Source of the DNA: Dehalococcoidia bacterium
GTDB lineage: Bacteria; Chloroflexota; Dehalococcoidia; SM23-28-2; RBG-16-64-32
Reading direction: 5' to 3'
DNA length: 64,000 bases
Assembly: GCA_963665775.2 (NCBI GenBank)
Contig: CAXXTF010000002.1
Span: 1,248,001 to 1,312,000 of the forward strand
This document shows positions 55,803 to 64,000 of the stretch, piece by piece. Made by a program: the position numbers and the translations under genes. Below the pieces are notes generated by a model. That model saw only the letters and a program-made list of their open reading frames with translations. It was not told where the DNA came from and ran no database searches. Position 1 is the first letter of the stretch, and each line of letters begins with the position of its first letter.

Positions 55803-56453
55803 ATGGCGAAGATAGCGTTCATTGGAGGGACGGGACCCGAGGGGCTGGGGCTGGCAATGCGGTTCGCCAAGAGTGGCAACGAGATAATCATCGGCTCGCG
55901 GATGCCGGAACGGGCGGAGGAGGCGGCGGCCAAGGTCAAGGAGAAGGTGCCGCAGGCGCGGGTGCAGGGGCTCGCGAACGCCGAGGCGGTGGAGAAAGCC
56001 ACGATAGTCTTCGTGACGGTGCCCTACGACGCTCACAAGGACACCCTGGAGGCGCTGGCGGAGGCGATAGGGGACAAGTTGCTGGTAGACGTGGCGGCGC
56101 CCATGGTGTTCGACCGGGACGGCCCCCGGGCGATCGCGGTAGAGGAAGGCTCAGCGGCGCAGCAGGCGCGCGCGGTGGCTCAGAGCGCCAAGGTGGTCAG
56201 CGCCTTCCATCACCTGGACGGAACCGATCTGCAAAACGTAGCGAGGCCGATGCAGGGCGACGTCATCGTCTGCGGAGACCATAAGGGGGCCAAGAAGCGG
56301 ATCCTTGAGCTGGTCGAGGAGATCGAGTACGTGCGGCCCCTGGATGGCGGCGGACTAGCCAACGCGCGCTACCTGGAGCAGTGGACGGTGATGCTCCTGC
56401 AACTGAATCGCATCTACAAGCGACACAGCGGCGTTCGCATCGTGGGTGTCTAG
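55803..56453 (+). CDS. npdG: NADPH-dependent F420 reductase
   Basis: IGGTGPEGLGLA, IGSR, EEGSAA, DGGGLANARYLE. Confidence 0.92.
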   Translation: MAKIAFIGGTGPEGLGLAMRFAKSGNEIIIGSRMPERAEEAAAKVKEKVPQARVQGLANAEAVEKATIVFVTVPYDAHKDTLEALAEAIGDKLLVDVAAPMVFDRDGPRAIAVEEGSAAQQARAVAQSAKVVSAFHHLDGTDLQNVARPMQGDVIVCGDHKGAKKRILELVEEIEYVRPLDGGGLANARYLEQWTVMLLQLNRIYKRHSGVRIVGV

Positions 56454-56456
56454 GCG

Positions 56457-57212
56457 ATGGCAGCCCCCGAGGTGCGGGTCATAGGAGTTGCCGGATTGCC
56501 GGAGGTGGGGCAGGGAGACGACCTCCCCAGCCTGATCGTGAAGGCGGCCGCCGGGCAAGGGGCGGCACTGGAACCAGGCGACGTAGTGGTCGTCACGCAG
56601 AAGATCGTCTCCAAGGCCGAGGGACGCGTCGTGAGCCTGGCGGCGGTCAAGCCTTCGCCGGCAGCGAAGCGGCTGGCCCGCGCCACGGAGAAGGACCCAC
56701 AGCTGGTCGAGCTGATCCTGCAGGAGAGCGTGCGCATCGTGCGGCAGCGGGAAGGGGTGCTCATCACGGAGACCCGACACGGGTTCGTGTGCGCCAACGC
56801 CGGAATCGACGCCTCGAACGTGGGTGAAGGGGTAGTCTCCCTGCTGCCGGCGGACCCCGACCGCTCGGCGGCGGCGATCCGAGCCGCGATCGCGGAGCGC
56901 ACCGGCCTCGCGGTGGCGGTGATCATCAGCGACACCTTCGGACGGCCCTGGCGAGAGGGTCATATGAATGTGGCGATAGGCCTGGCCGGGATGGCTCCCT
57001 TCGCGGACTACGTGGGACAGCGAGACTCCCACGGCTACGAGCTTCGGGTGAGCAGCCTGGCCGTGGCGGACGAGCTGGCGGCGGCGGCGGAGCTGGTGAT
57101 GGGGAAGCTGTCCGCGGTACCTGTGGCCATCGTGCGGGGGTACGATTACCCGCAGGGTTGCGGCACGGCCCGCGATATGGTGCGGCCGGCAGAGCGGGAC
57201 CTGTTCCGCTAA
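56457..57212 (+). CDS. cofE: Coenzyme F420-0:L-glutamate ligase
   Basis: TQKIVSKAEGR, CANAGIDASN, SDTFGRPWREG, ADELA. Confidence 0.94.
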   Translation: MAAPEVRVIGVAGLPEVGQGDDLPSLIVKAAAGQGAALEPGDVVVVTQKIVSKAEGRVVSLAAVKPSPAAKRLARATEKDPQLVELILQESVRIVRQREGVLITETRHGFVCANAGIDASNVGEGVVSLLPADPDRSAAAIRAAIAERTGLAVAVIISDTFGRPWREGHMNVAIGLAGMAPFADYVGQRDSHGYELRVSSLAVADELAAAAELVMGKLSAVPVAIVRGYDYPQGCGTARDMVRPAERDLFR

Positions 57213-57272
57213 AAGGCCTACGAATCGCCTGTTCCGTTACAGGATGGAGAGCAGGGAACAGGGAGCGGCAGC

Positions 57273-58022
57273 CTAGCGGCTGAAGTACCAGTCCCAGATC
57301 TCTTCCCCCCAGAAGAGGGCGATCACGGCACCTAAAGCTAGGAAGGGCCCGTGGGGAATAAAGTCCCGGCGGCTCATGCGCTTGGAGAGCAGTAGAACCG
57401 CCGCCGCAACCCCGCCTGCCGCAGTACCGATGAACACGCCGACGACCACCGACGGTAAGCCCACGACCATGCCGATAAGGACGATCATCTTGACATCGCC
57501 CATGCCGAAGGCGTTCGCCCCGAACGGGAGGGAAAGAGCGAGGACAGCGGCGGCGATGCCGATTGCCACCAGGCCGCCGGCGAGCACCTGGAATGCGGAG
57601 GCCTCAGGCCAGGCCCAGGAAAATGCGGCGGCAAGCAAGATGGCAGGGTATACCACCCGGTTAGGGATAAGCCGCCTGTCCAAGTCCGTAAGCGTGAGGA
57701 GCAGGAAGATGGTGGCGAAGAATCCGGCCAGCAGGGCCGGGCCGAAGTCATCAAACAGCAGGGCAGCGACGAGAAACAGGGCCGCGCTCCCAAACGGCAG
57801 GACGAGCGCTCGCCAGGGAAGGCCGGTGCCGCAGGCGGGGCAACGACCCCAGCTGATGAGGAAGCCGAGGCCGGGGAGCAGGAAAGCTAGCGGTAGGGGC
57901 TGACGGCAGGAGGCGCAGCGGTGAACGGGCGCGGCCCAGGACTCACCCCTGTACAGTCGGTCGAAGACGAGATGAAGGGCCTGCCCCAAGGCGAGCCCGA
58001 TCGGAGCGGCGATCGCTTCCAT
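57273..58022 (-). CDS. Prepilin peptidase (A24 family)
   Basis: Two CxxC pairs, TD..RLIPN, GMGDVK, PHGPFL. Confidence 0.9.
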   Translation of the reverse strand: MEAIAAPIGLALGQALHLVFDRLYRGESWAAPVHRCASCRQPLPLAFLLPGLGFLISWGRCPACGTGLPWRALVLPFGSAALFLVAALLFDDFGPALLAGFFATIFLLLTLTDLDRRLIPNRVVYPAILLAAAFSWAWPEASAFQVLAGGLVAIGIAAAVLALSLPFGANAFGMGDVKMIVLIGMVVGLPSVVVGVFIGTAAGGVAAAVLLLSKRMSRRDFIPHGPFLALGAVIALFWGEEIWDWYFSR

Positions 58023-58089
58023 TGGCTGAGCTTCCCGCTTACGAGACTAACCCACGCCTCAGCCGTGGACACCGACATCCCCCCGCTAT

Positions 58090-58111
58090 TAACCAACCTG
58101 TAACCAACCTG
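58090..58111. repeat. Tandem 11-bp direct repeat (regulator site candidate)
   Basis: TAACCAACCTG x2 in the divergent peptidase/flp region. Confidence 0.55.
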
Positions 58112-58254
58112 GCCTCCCTGTTCACTGCATGTTTACCCCAGCCCGTGCGAGCCTAAGTTTGGCAAGACTGATGATCGCACTCTACTAGGTGGAACGCAGA
58201 TGAGCAGGAAGGATTAGCCTCGGGGTGAAAATTCGTTCACAGACCGGTCGCGAC

Positions 58255-58284
58255 CGTAACAGGGGCGCAGAAACATCCATCTAA
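58255..58284 (+). promoter_or_regulatory. ECF-like promoter motif copy upstream of flp
   Basis: CGTAAC-N17-CATCTAA. Confidence 0.55.
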
Positions 58285-58431
58285 CTTATCGGAAATCAAC
58301 ATAACGCACCTGCGCCTTGGCAGACAGCCGGAAGGAGGTGGAGAACCGCACCACACAAACGATATCGAGGGACGAGAACCGTTCGTCCAAGAAGCAAGCT
58401 AACGAACAAGGTAGAGAGAAAGGAGGAGACT

Positions 58432-58614
58432 ATGTTCTCCAAGATTAACGAAGTGCTGCTGAGCCTGGTGGCCCGCTTTGAGCAGGAAGAGGGACAGGGG
58501 CTGGCCGAGTACGGCCTTATCCTGGCGCTCGTCTCCATCGCCGCCATCACCGCTCTAGGTGTCTTGGCAGTCGCGATCACCGGCGTCTTTGGCGACGTCA
58601 CCGCCGCGCTGTAA
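58432..58614 (+). CDS. flp: Flp family type IV pilin
   Basis: EEGQGLAEYGLILALV; AAAGGAGG SD. Confidence 0.92.
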   Translation: MFSKINEVLLSLVARFEQEEGQGLAEYGLILALVSIAAITALGVLAVAITGVFGDVTAAL

Positions 58615-58645
58615 GGTGATCTAGGAGGTTGAGGTAGAGACCCCC

Positions 58646-58831
58646 ATGCTTTCCAAGATTAGTGAGGCGCTGCTGCAGTTGCAGGCCCGCTTTGAGCGGG
58701 AAGAGGGACAGGGGCTAGCCGAGTACGGCCTTATCCTGGCGCTTGTCTCGATCGCGGCCATCACTGCTCTAGGTCTTATAGCAGTCGCGATCACCGGCAT
58801 GCTCGGGGATGTCACCGCCGCGTTCGGCTAG
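58646..58831 (+). CDS. flp: Flp family type IV pilin (paralog 2)
   Basis: EEGQGLAEYGLILALV; near-duplicate of the upstream pilin. Confidence 0.92.
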   Translation: MLSKISEALLQLQARFEREEGQGLAEYGLILALVSIAAITALGLIAVAITGMLGDVTAAFG

Positions 58832-58847
58832 ACCTAACCGAAGCCGA

Positions 58848-59004
58848 CTGCAGCCCCTGTCCCGCCTCGAGTTCGAGGAGGGACAGGGGCTGGCTGAGTA
58901 CGGCCTGCTTGCTAGCTCTCATCGCCGTGGTGTCCGTCGCCGCCCTGATCGCCCGGGGCCCCACCATCGCCGGGAAACTGGGCAAGATCGCAGCGGCATT
59001 CTAG
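58848..59004 (+). pseudogene. Third Flp pilin, frameshifted, no clear start
   Basis: EEGQGLAEYGL, then a +1 shift near 58908 restores LLALIAVVSVAAL...IAAAF*. Confidence 0.75.
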
Positions 59005-59211
59005 TAGAGCTACCCAGGCAGCGTTAGGGACCGACACCTGGAGGGACAACGACCAAATGCCGATGATGCAGGGGAACGGGGTCACGAGCTCACGGGCCGG
59101 AACCCGGAATTCATGTCCTCTTTCCCTTCGCTCCCTCGCCCGCTACCCATCGGCCTTCCGGCGAGAGCTTGGCGAGAGGGCTCCGGGAAACTGGACAAAG
59201 GAAGAGAATAT

Positions 59212-59655
59212 ATGAATCCCAACTTTAGCGATAACGATGCTGCCTCTGCTGCTGGCAACGGTGGCCGGCCGCTGAAGCGCGCCACGAAGAGAAGAGGAGA
59301 CAGAGAGAGAGGACAGAGCCTGGCGGAGTTCGCCATCGTGGACTTTGGCATGGGCTTCCACTCCTACATCACGGTGACGAATTCGGTCCGGGAAGGCGCC
59401 CGCGTCGGGGCCATCGGCGCGGATGCCGCCACGATTGAGACGCGAGTCCGGGACACCGCAGGCACCCTGGACCAGGCAAACTTGACGGTCACCGTCACCA
59501 ACGCCCAGGGTGCCCCGGGAGAGTCCGTGCTGGTGGACACGTCATATCAGTACGAGTTCATTAGTCCGCTCGCCGGCATCGTCCAGTTCGTTTCCGGTGG
59601 CACGATAGGGCCCACGCTAACGCTCTCTTCTACCGCCGATATGCGACTAGAGTAG
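59212..59655 (+). CDS. tadE: TadE-like pseudopilin with apparent internal deletion
   Basis: RGQSLAEF directly joined to AIVDFG; NSVREGARVG. Confidence 0.75.
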   Translation: MNPNFSDNDAASAAGNGGRPLKRATKRRGDRERGQSLAEFAIVDFGMGFHSYITVTNSVREGARVGAIGADAATIETRVRDTAGTLDQANLTVTVTNAQGAPGESVLVDTSYQYEFISPLAGIVQFVSGGTIGPTLTLSSTADMRLE

Positions 59656-59671
59656 TGAGGAGATAGCACTG

Positions 59672-60799
59672 ATGTTGTGGCAGAAGCTCCGCAAGATATC
59701 CGGCGAGCGCGGCCAGGGTCTGATCCTGGCCGCATTAGGTATGACGGTCTTTCTCGGCTTCGTTGCGCTAGCCGTGGACGGCGGCCTCTATCTCCACGAG
59801 CGTCGCCAGCTTCAGAACGCCGCCGACGCCGCCACCCTGGCCGGCGTAGTCTTCCTCCCCGGCGATACGGCCGCTGCGGAAAAGGCGGCGCGGGATTGGG
59901 CGGCTAATAACGGCATGGAGCCGGACGAGATAGCGGCGGTAGAGTTCCAGCACAGTAACACACTCATCCGGATGAGAGTGCAGCGGGACGTTCCCGCCGT
60001 GTTCGCGCGCGTGCTAGGCTTCATCAACTTTAAGGTGCACGCCAGCGCGGCCGCCCAGATAGGATCCATAAGTGGCGTCACCGGCCTGGCACCCTTCGGC
60101 GTCCTGGAGGGAGCTGTCAACTACTGCGACACTCCGCCGCCTCTGGACTGCCTGGTGACCCTTAAATACGATGTGAAGAATTCCGGCGCTACTATCGGTG
60201 ACCTGAACTTTGATGGCAAGGGCGGCGGCGGCCAGGAACTGTTCACCCTGATAAAGGGCGGAAATAGAATCCCGGTCTGTTCCGTAAACGAACCATCCCC
60301 CCCTCCAGGATGCCAGACCATAGAGCCCCAAAAAACGGGCAATACGACCGGCAAGATCCGGGAGGGCGTCATCTGGCGCCTTGACGAGACCACAGCCCAG
60401 TGCGACACGATAGCCGAAGTGGTCGGGCCAGACGTGGATGACGACGGTAAGCTTGAAATAGTCACAGAGCGCAACCCTTGGAGCAAGGCGGCATCGGACA
60501 CCGACGACGACGGCGGCACCTGCGACAACTTGCCCGGAGGCATAGGCAGCTGTCGTCTTCTCGCCATTCCGGTGATACAAGGTGTTGACGATATTTCGTT
60601 TCCGCCTCCGAACGAGGCCGTGACAAACGTTAGATTTGCCCTCTTCTGGCTGCTTCCCTTTGAGAATAACGGGGCTTGCTCGGGTAATTCCTGTGAGATA
60701 CAGGGCTACTTCATCGACGCCGAGGTCAGCGTTAACGGCCTGCTGGGCGCTTTCAACCCAGAGAATAACCCGTTCGTGGTCTCCAAGTTGGTGGAGTAG
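59672..60799 (+). CDS. tadG: TadG-like pilus assembly protein
   Basis: ERGQ + TM, ALAVDGG, LQNAADAATLAG. Confidence 0.82.
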   Translation: MLWQKLRKISGERGQGLILAALGMTVFLGFVALAVDGGLYLHERRQLQNAADAATLAGVVFLPGDTAAAEKAARDWAANNGMEPDEIAAVEFQHSNTLIRMRVQRDVPAVFARVLGFINFKVHASAAAQIGSISGVTGLAPFGVLEGAVNYCDTPPPLDCLVTLKYDVKNSGATIGDLNFDGKGGGGQELFTLIKGGNRIPVCSVNEPSPPPGCQTIEPQKTGNTTGKIREGVIWRLDETTAQCDTIAEVVGPDVDDDGKLEIVTERNPWSKAASDTDDDGGTCDNLPGGIGSCRLLAIPVIQGVDDISFPPPNEAVTNVRFALFWLLPFENNGACSGNSCEIQGYFIDAEVSVNGLLGAFNPENNPFVVSKLVE

Positions 60800-60852
60800 A
60801 TCCGACATCCATTAACGAGGTGCTGTTTATTCCGTCAGCAATGGGGAGACTT

Positions 60853-60881
60853 CGTAACAGTAGTCGCCCTCCCGCCATCTG
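60853..60881 (+). promoter_or_regulatory. ECF-like promoter motif copy upstream of cpaB
   Basis: CGTAAC-N17-CATCTG. Confidence 0.5.
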
Positions 60882-60918
60882 TATGATTGTAACGTCCCGC
60901 AAGTAAGAGGAGAGAGCC

Positions 60919-61827
60919 ATGTTAAAGGTGCTGACCCTGCGCAATCAGAGGAACAAGCTGCCCCTGATATTGGCCTTGTTGTTGGGCCTCCTGGCGGCAA
61001 TGCTGACGGCAGTCTACCTCAGCAGCGCCGGCGACGATGGCGGGCAGAGCGCCGGCGCTCCGGTTATCGAGACCGCGTCGGCGGTAGTAGCAGCGGAGGA
61101 GATCCCAGCCGGAACCCAAATCACGGCCGACATGGTGACCGTCAAATCAATCCCTACGGATCCGGTGATCGCCAACGTTTTCCAGGTTAGCGGGGATGTG
61201 GTAGGGAAGGTTGCCCTCGTGCCCATTGTTCCCGGCGAGCAGATCATGGCCAGCCGCGTGGTGGCGATATCTGAAGCGGGACAAGTCTTAAATGCAGAGA
61301 ACCTGGCGGACACAGTGCCAATCGAGAAGGAAACCAACCCCTGTGAGATTACCGATTGCGGTTTGCGAGCAGTCTCCGTGCGGGTGGCACCGGCCACAGC
61401 CGCCGCGGGCTTGATCCGGCCCGGCGACCAGGTGGACGTTATAGCTGCCTTCAACGATGGCTCCGCTCTGACCGTGGTAACCGATGTGGAGGTCCTGGCC
61501 CTGGACACAGACTTTGAGCGCGTGATCAACTCGGGAGCCGCCGACACATCCGAGCTAGCAGTACTGGAGGGCGGCGAGGGGAATCCGGAGGCTGCCACAG
61601 CCACCCTGGCCCTGTGGCCGTCCGAGGCCCAGAAGGTGGCGGCTGCGGAGGAGATGACGGACAAGAATACCGACTGTCAGGGCAGCCTGCGCCTCTCCCT
61701 GCGCCATACAGGGCAGCCGGGGACGTTCGAGGTACCTGTGGGCCAGGGATACTGTGCCTACCTATTCGCGCTAGCTTGGGGCCTGGAAGTAGGTCCTGTA
61801 CCTGAGCAACTGGTTCCTCAGGATTAG
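60919..61827 (+). CDS. cpaB: Flp pilus assembly protein CpaB/RcpC
   Basis: TM + SAF domain (VVAAEEIPAG), RAVSV, GLIRPGDQVDV. Confidence 0.9.
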   Translation: MLKVLTLRNQRNKLPLILALLLGLLAAMLTAVYLSSAGDDGGQSAGAPVIETASAVVAAEEIPAGTQITADMVTVKSIPTDPVIANVFQVSGDVVGKVALVPIVPGEQIMASRVVAISEAGQVLNAENLADTVPIEKETNPCEITDCGLRAVSVRVAPATAAAGLIRPGDQVDVIAAFNDGSALTVVTDVEVLALDTDFERVINSGAADTSELAVLEGGEGNPEAATATLALWPSEAQKVAAAEEMTDKNTDCQGSLRLSLRHTGQPGTFEVPVGQGYCAYLFALAWGLEVGPVPEQLVPQD

Positions 61828-61840
61828 GGTGGATAGATAG

Positions 61841-63094
61841 ATGAAACGCAACCCCCGGGTAATCATCGTCGATCAGAACACGACGGGTAGGGATGACGTC
61901 CAGAAGATGCTCGCTCTCGCCGGCTTCGCCGTAACGGGGGAGGCTGGCTACGGGATGGAGGCGATCGCTCTAGCCAAAGAGACGGGGCCCGACGTGGTCG
62001 TCATCTCCCTGGAGGAGCCCATCGTAAGGGCCCTGCAAACGGTGCAGGCTATGGCAGACCTCTTGCCGCAATCGCCCATTATCGCCTACTCCGCCTCTCG
62101 AGACCCGAACAGCCTACGCAAAGCGATGCTGGCCGGGGTCAACGATTACCTAATAACACCCCTCAACGAGGAGGAGCTCATCCAGTCAGTGCACACCGTG
62201 CTGAGCCAGGAGGAGCGGCGAAGGGCCCGCATAGCCGGGGAGATGGATGAGCCAGTGACCAGCCGCATCGTGATCACGGTATTCGGCGCCAAGGGTGGCA
62301 TCGGCAAGAGCACGATCTCCACGAACCTCGCCGCAGCGCTGGTTCAGAAGACTAACCAGTCAGTAGTGCTGGTCGATCTGGATACACGATTTGGGGATGT
62401 CGCAATTCTTATGGATGTCCCGGTCGAGCGAAGCATCGCCGACTTGGCGGTTCCGGAGGAGGAGATCAGTCGAGAGCTCGTTCAGGAATGCATCTATCAG
62501 CACAAGACGGGTGTGGCGATCCTCCCAGCACCGATGAGGCCGACGGACTGGCGCAACGTCCACGCCGGCCACATCGAGCGGTCTGTGAAGTTGCTGGCAC
62601 AGAGCTATGACTACGTGATTCTGGACACCCCCGGCACCTTTAACGACGTAGTGGCCCGATCCCTGGAGATGGCCACCCTGGTGTTGCTGGTGGCAACGAT
62701 GGACTTGGCCAGCCTGAAGGATACCTTGTTGGCGATCGACATGCTGCAATCCTGGAACTTCCCGCAGGAGAAGCTGAAGCTGGTGATCAACGCCACTAAC
62801 GAGGCGCACAAGGCGGATCCCCAAGAGGTGAAACGAATGTTGGGCCGCGATCTGTTTTGGTCAGTCCCCTACGACCGAAACATCAGCACGGCCACGCAGT
62901 TGGGGATACCGGTTGTGATGGCGAAGCCGGACTCCAGGGCTTCCGAAAGCCTGGTGGCAATGGCCTACGCCCTGAGCGGGGTGCGCCGCCAGCAGCAGCA
63001 AGATCAGAACGGCAAGAACCCTTCCAAAAGCAACCTAATAAGCCGAATCCTTGGGCAGAGACCGGAAGAAAAGCCGGAAGTAGCGGTGGAGTAG
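61841..63094 (+). CDS. cpaE: Receiver + ParA/MinD ATPase CpaE/TadZ
   Basis: Atypical receiver domain, KGGIGKST, DLDTRFGD. Confidence 0.9.
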   Translation: MKRNPRVIIVDQNTTGRDDVQKMLALAGFAVTGEAGYGMEAIALAKETGPDVVVISLEEPIVRALQTVQAMADLLPQSPIIAYSASRDPNSLRKAMLAGVNDYLITPLNEEELIQSVHTVLSQEERRRARIAGEMDEPVTSRIVITVFGAKGGIGKSTISTNLAAALVQKTNQSVVLVDLDTRFGDVAILMDVPVERSIADLAVPEEEISRELVQECIYQHKTGVAILPAPMRPTDWRNVHAGHIERSVKLLAQSYDYVILDTPGTFNDVVARSLEMATLVLLVATMDLASLKDTLLAIDMLQSWNFPQEKLKLVINATNEAHKADPQEVKRMLGRDLFWSVPYDRNISTATQLGIPVVMAKPDSRASESLVAMAYALSGVRRQQQQDQNGKNPSKSNLISRILGQRPEEKPEVAVE

Positions 63095-63098
63095 AAAG

Positions 63099-64000
63099 AT
63101 GACCAGATGGCAATCTACGGAGCTAGATACAGCCCCAGCACGCCCCGCTTCTGGTACTCCCAGGAGTGTTCCCGGCCGCTACAACGAGGATATGGAGCAA
63201 TTGGTCTTCCGCATGCACCAGACCCTGATTGAGGAGCTGGACGCGGACCAGATTAGCGCCATGCCGGCGGACGAGCGCCGGAAACTGGTGGAGCAGGCGG
63301 CTCAGACGGTGCTCCGGCGTGAGTTACCCACTGTGGGCGGCATCACGCGTGACCAGGTCGTCTCCCGGGTGGTGGACGAAGTAGTAGGACTGGGCCCTAT
63401 TGACATCCTGATCAGAGACGCCTCAATTTCGGAGGTGATGGTTAACGCCCCGGGGGAGATATTCTTCGAGCGGGAGGGCATCCTCTACCTGAGCGATGTG
63501 TCCTTCCGAGATGAGGACCACGTCCAGCGGATCATCGAGCGGATCATCGCCCCGCTGGGTCGCCGCGTGGATGAGTCATCGCCAATGGTGGATGCCCGCC
63601 TACCAGACGGCTCACGAGTGAACGTAATCATTCCGCCCGTGGCCCCTAAGGGCCCCACCATCACCATCCGTAAGTTCCGGGCTGACAAACTGACCATGGA
63701 GGACCTGATCAGCGCATCAACCCTCTCCAAAGAGCTAGCGGAGTTCCTCGAGGCCTGCGTGAAGATGAAGCTGAACATCCTGATCTCCGGCGGTACAGGC
63801 ACCGGCAAGACGACGTTCCTCAACGCCCTTTCGGCATACATCCCAGAGAGCGAGCGCATCCTGACCATCGAAGACCCGGTGGAGATAAAGATGCAACAGC
63901 CGCATGTCGTAAGCCTGGAGGCCCGACCGGCCAACATCGACGGCAAGGGCGAGATCACGCAGCGGGAGCTCTTGCGTAACACCCTCCGCATGCGGCCGGA
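63099..64000 (+). CDS. cpaF: Tad secretion ATPase CpaF/TadA (truncated by window end)
   Basis: Translated by hand: SEVMVN, VDARLPDGSRVN, SGGTGTGKTT, TIED, LRMRP. Confidence 0.93.
   Translation, partial: MTRWQSTELDTAPARPASGTPRSVPGRYNEDMEQLVFRMHQTLIEELDADQISAMPADERRKLVEQAAQTVLRRELPTVGGITRDQVVSRVVDEVVGLGPIDILIRDASISEVMVNAPGEIFFEREGILYLSDVSFRDEDHVQRIIERIIAPLGRRVDESSPMVDARLPDGSRVNVIIPPVAPKGPTITIRKFRADKLTMEDLISASTLSKELAEFLEACVKMKLNILISGGTGTGKTTFLNALSAYIPESERILTIEDPVEIKMQQPHVVSLEARPANIDGKGEITQRELLRNTLRMRP

Noticed and set aside
58112-58431. c-di-GMP riboswitch upstream of flp
   Set aside because: No GGCAAA..GAAA..GACGCAAA pattern found

Overview
High-GC bacterial chromosome segment. The gene set (rny-ymdB-PHP block, class II nrdJ, F420 cofE/npdG, Tad/Flp pili, dockerin fusions) suggests Chloroflexota, probably Dehalococcoidia-like; this is inference. 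In order: a Fur-family regulator with a NiCoT Ni/Co permease; a PyrR-attenuated pyrimidine operon (pyrR-B-C, carA, carB, pyrK, pyrD) interleaved with foreign genes, including a HEPN/MNT module flanked by a duplicated carB 5' end; Mrp and SufR-like Fe-S genes; tRNA-Pro followed by a variable region; GGDEF and HD-GYP genes; dinB; NrdR-boxed nrdR-nrdJ; yggS-proC-yggT-recA-recX-rny; a hopanoid cluster (hpnCDE, yjbQ, prenyl synthase, hpnH, hpnG, epimerase, shc); npdG-cofE; and a Tad/Flp locus cut by the window end. The most notable signals: (1) a recurring ECF-sigma-like promoter, YGTAAC-N16/17-CRTCY, found upstream of the Tad genes, all three c-di-GMP genes and a small Zn-binding ORF; (2) REP-like palindromes inserted in frame in pyrR, pyrC and nrdJ; (3) unassigned structured RNAs and a leader peptide in the hpnC/npdG divergent region; (4) several gene remnants and leaderless genes. 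All calls were made by eye, with no database searches.
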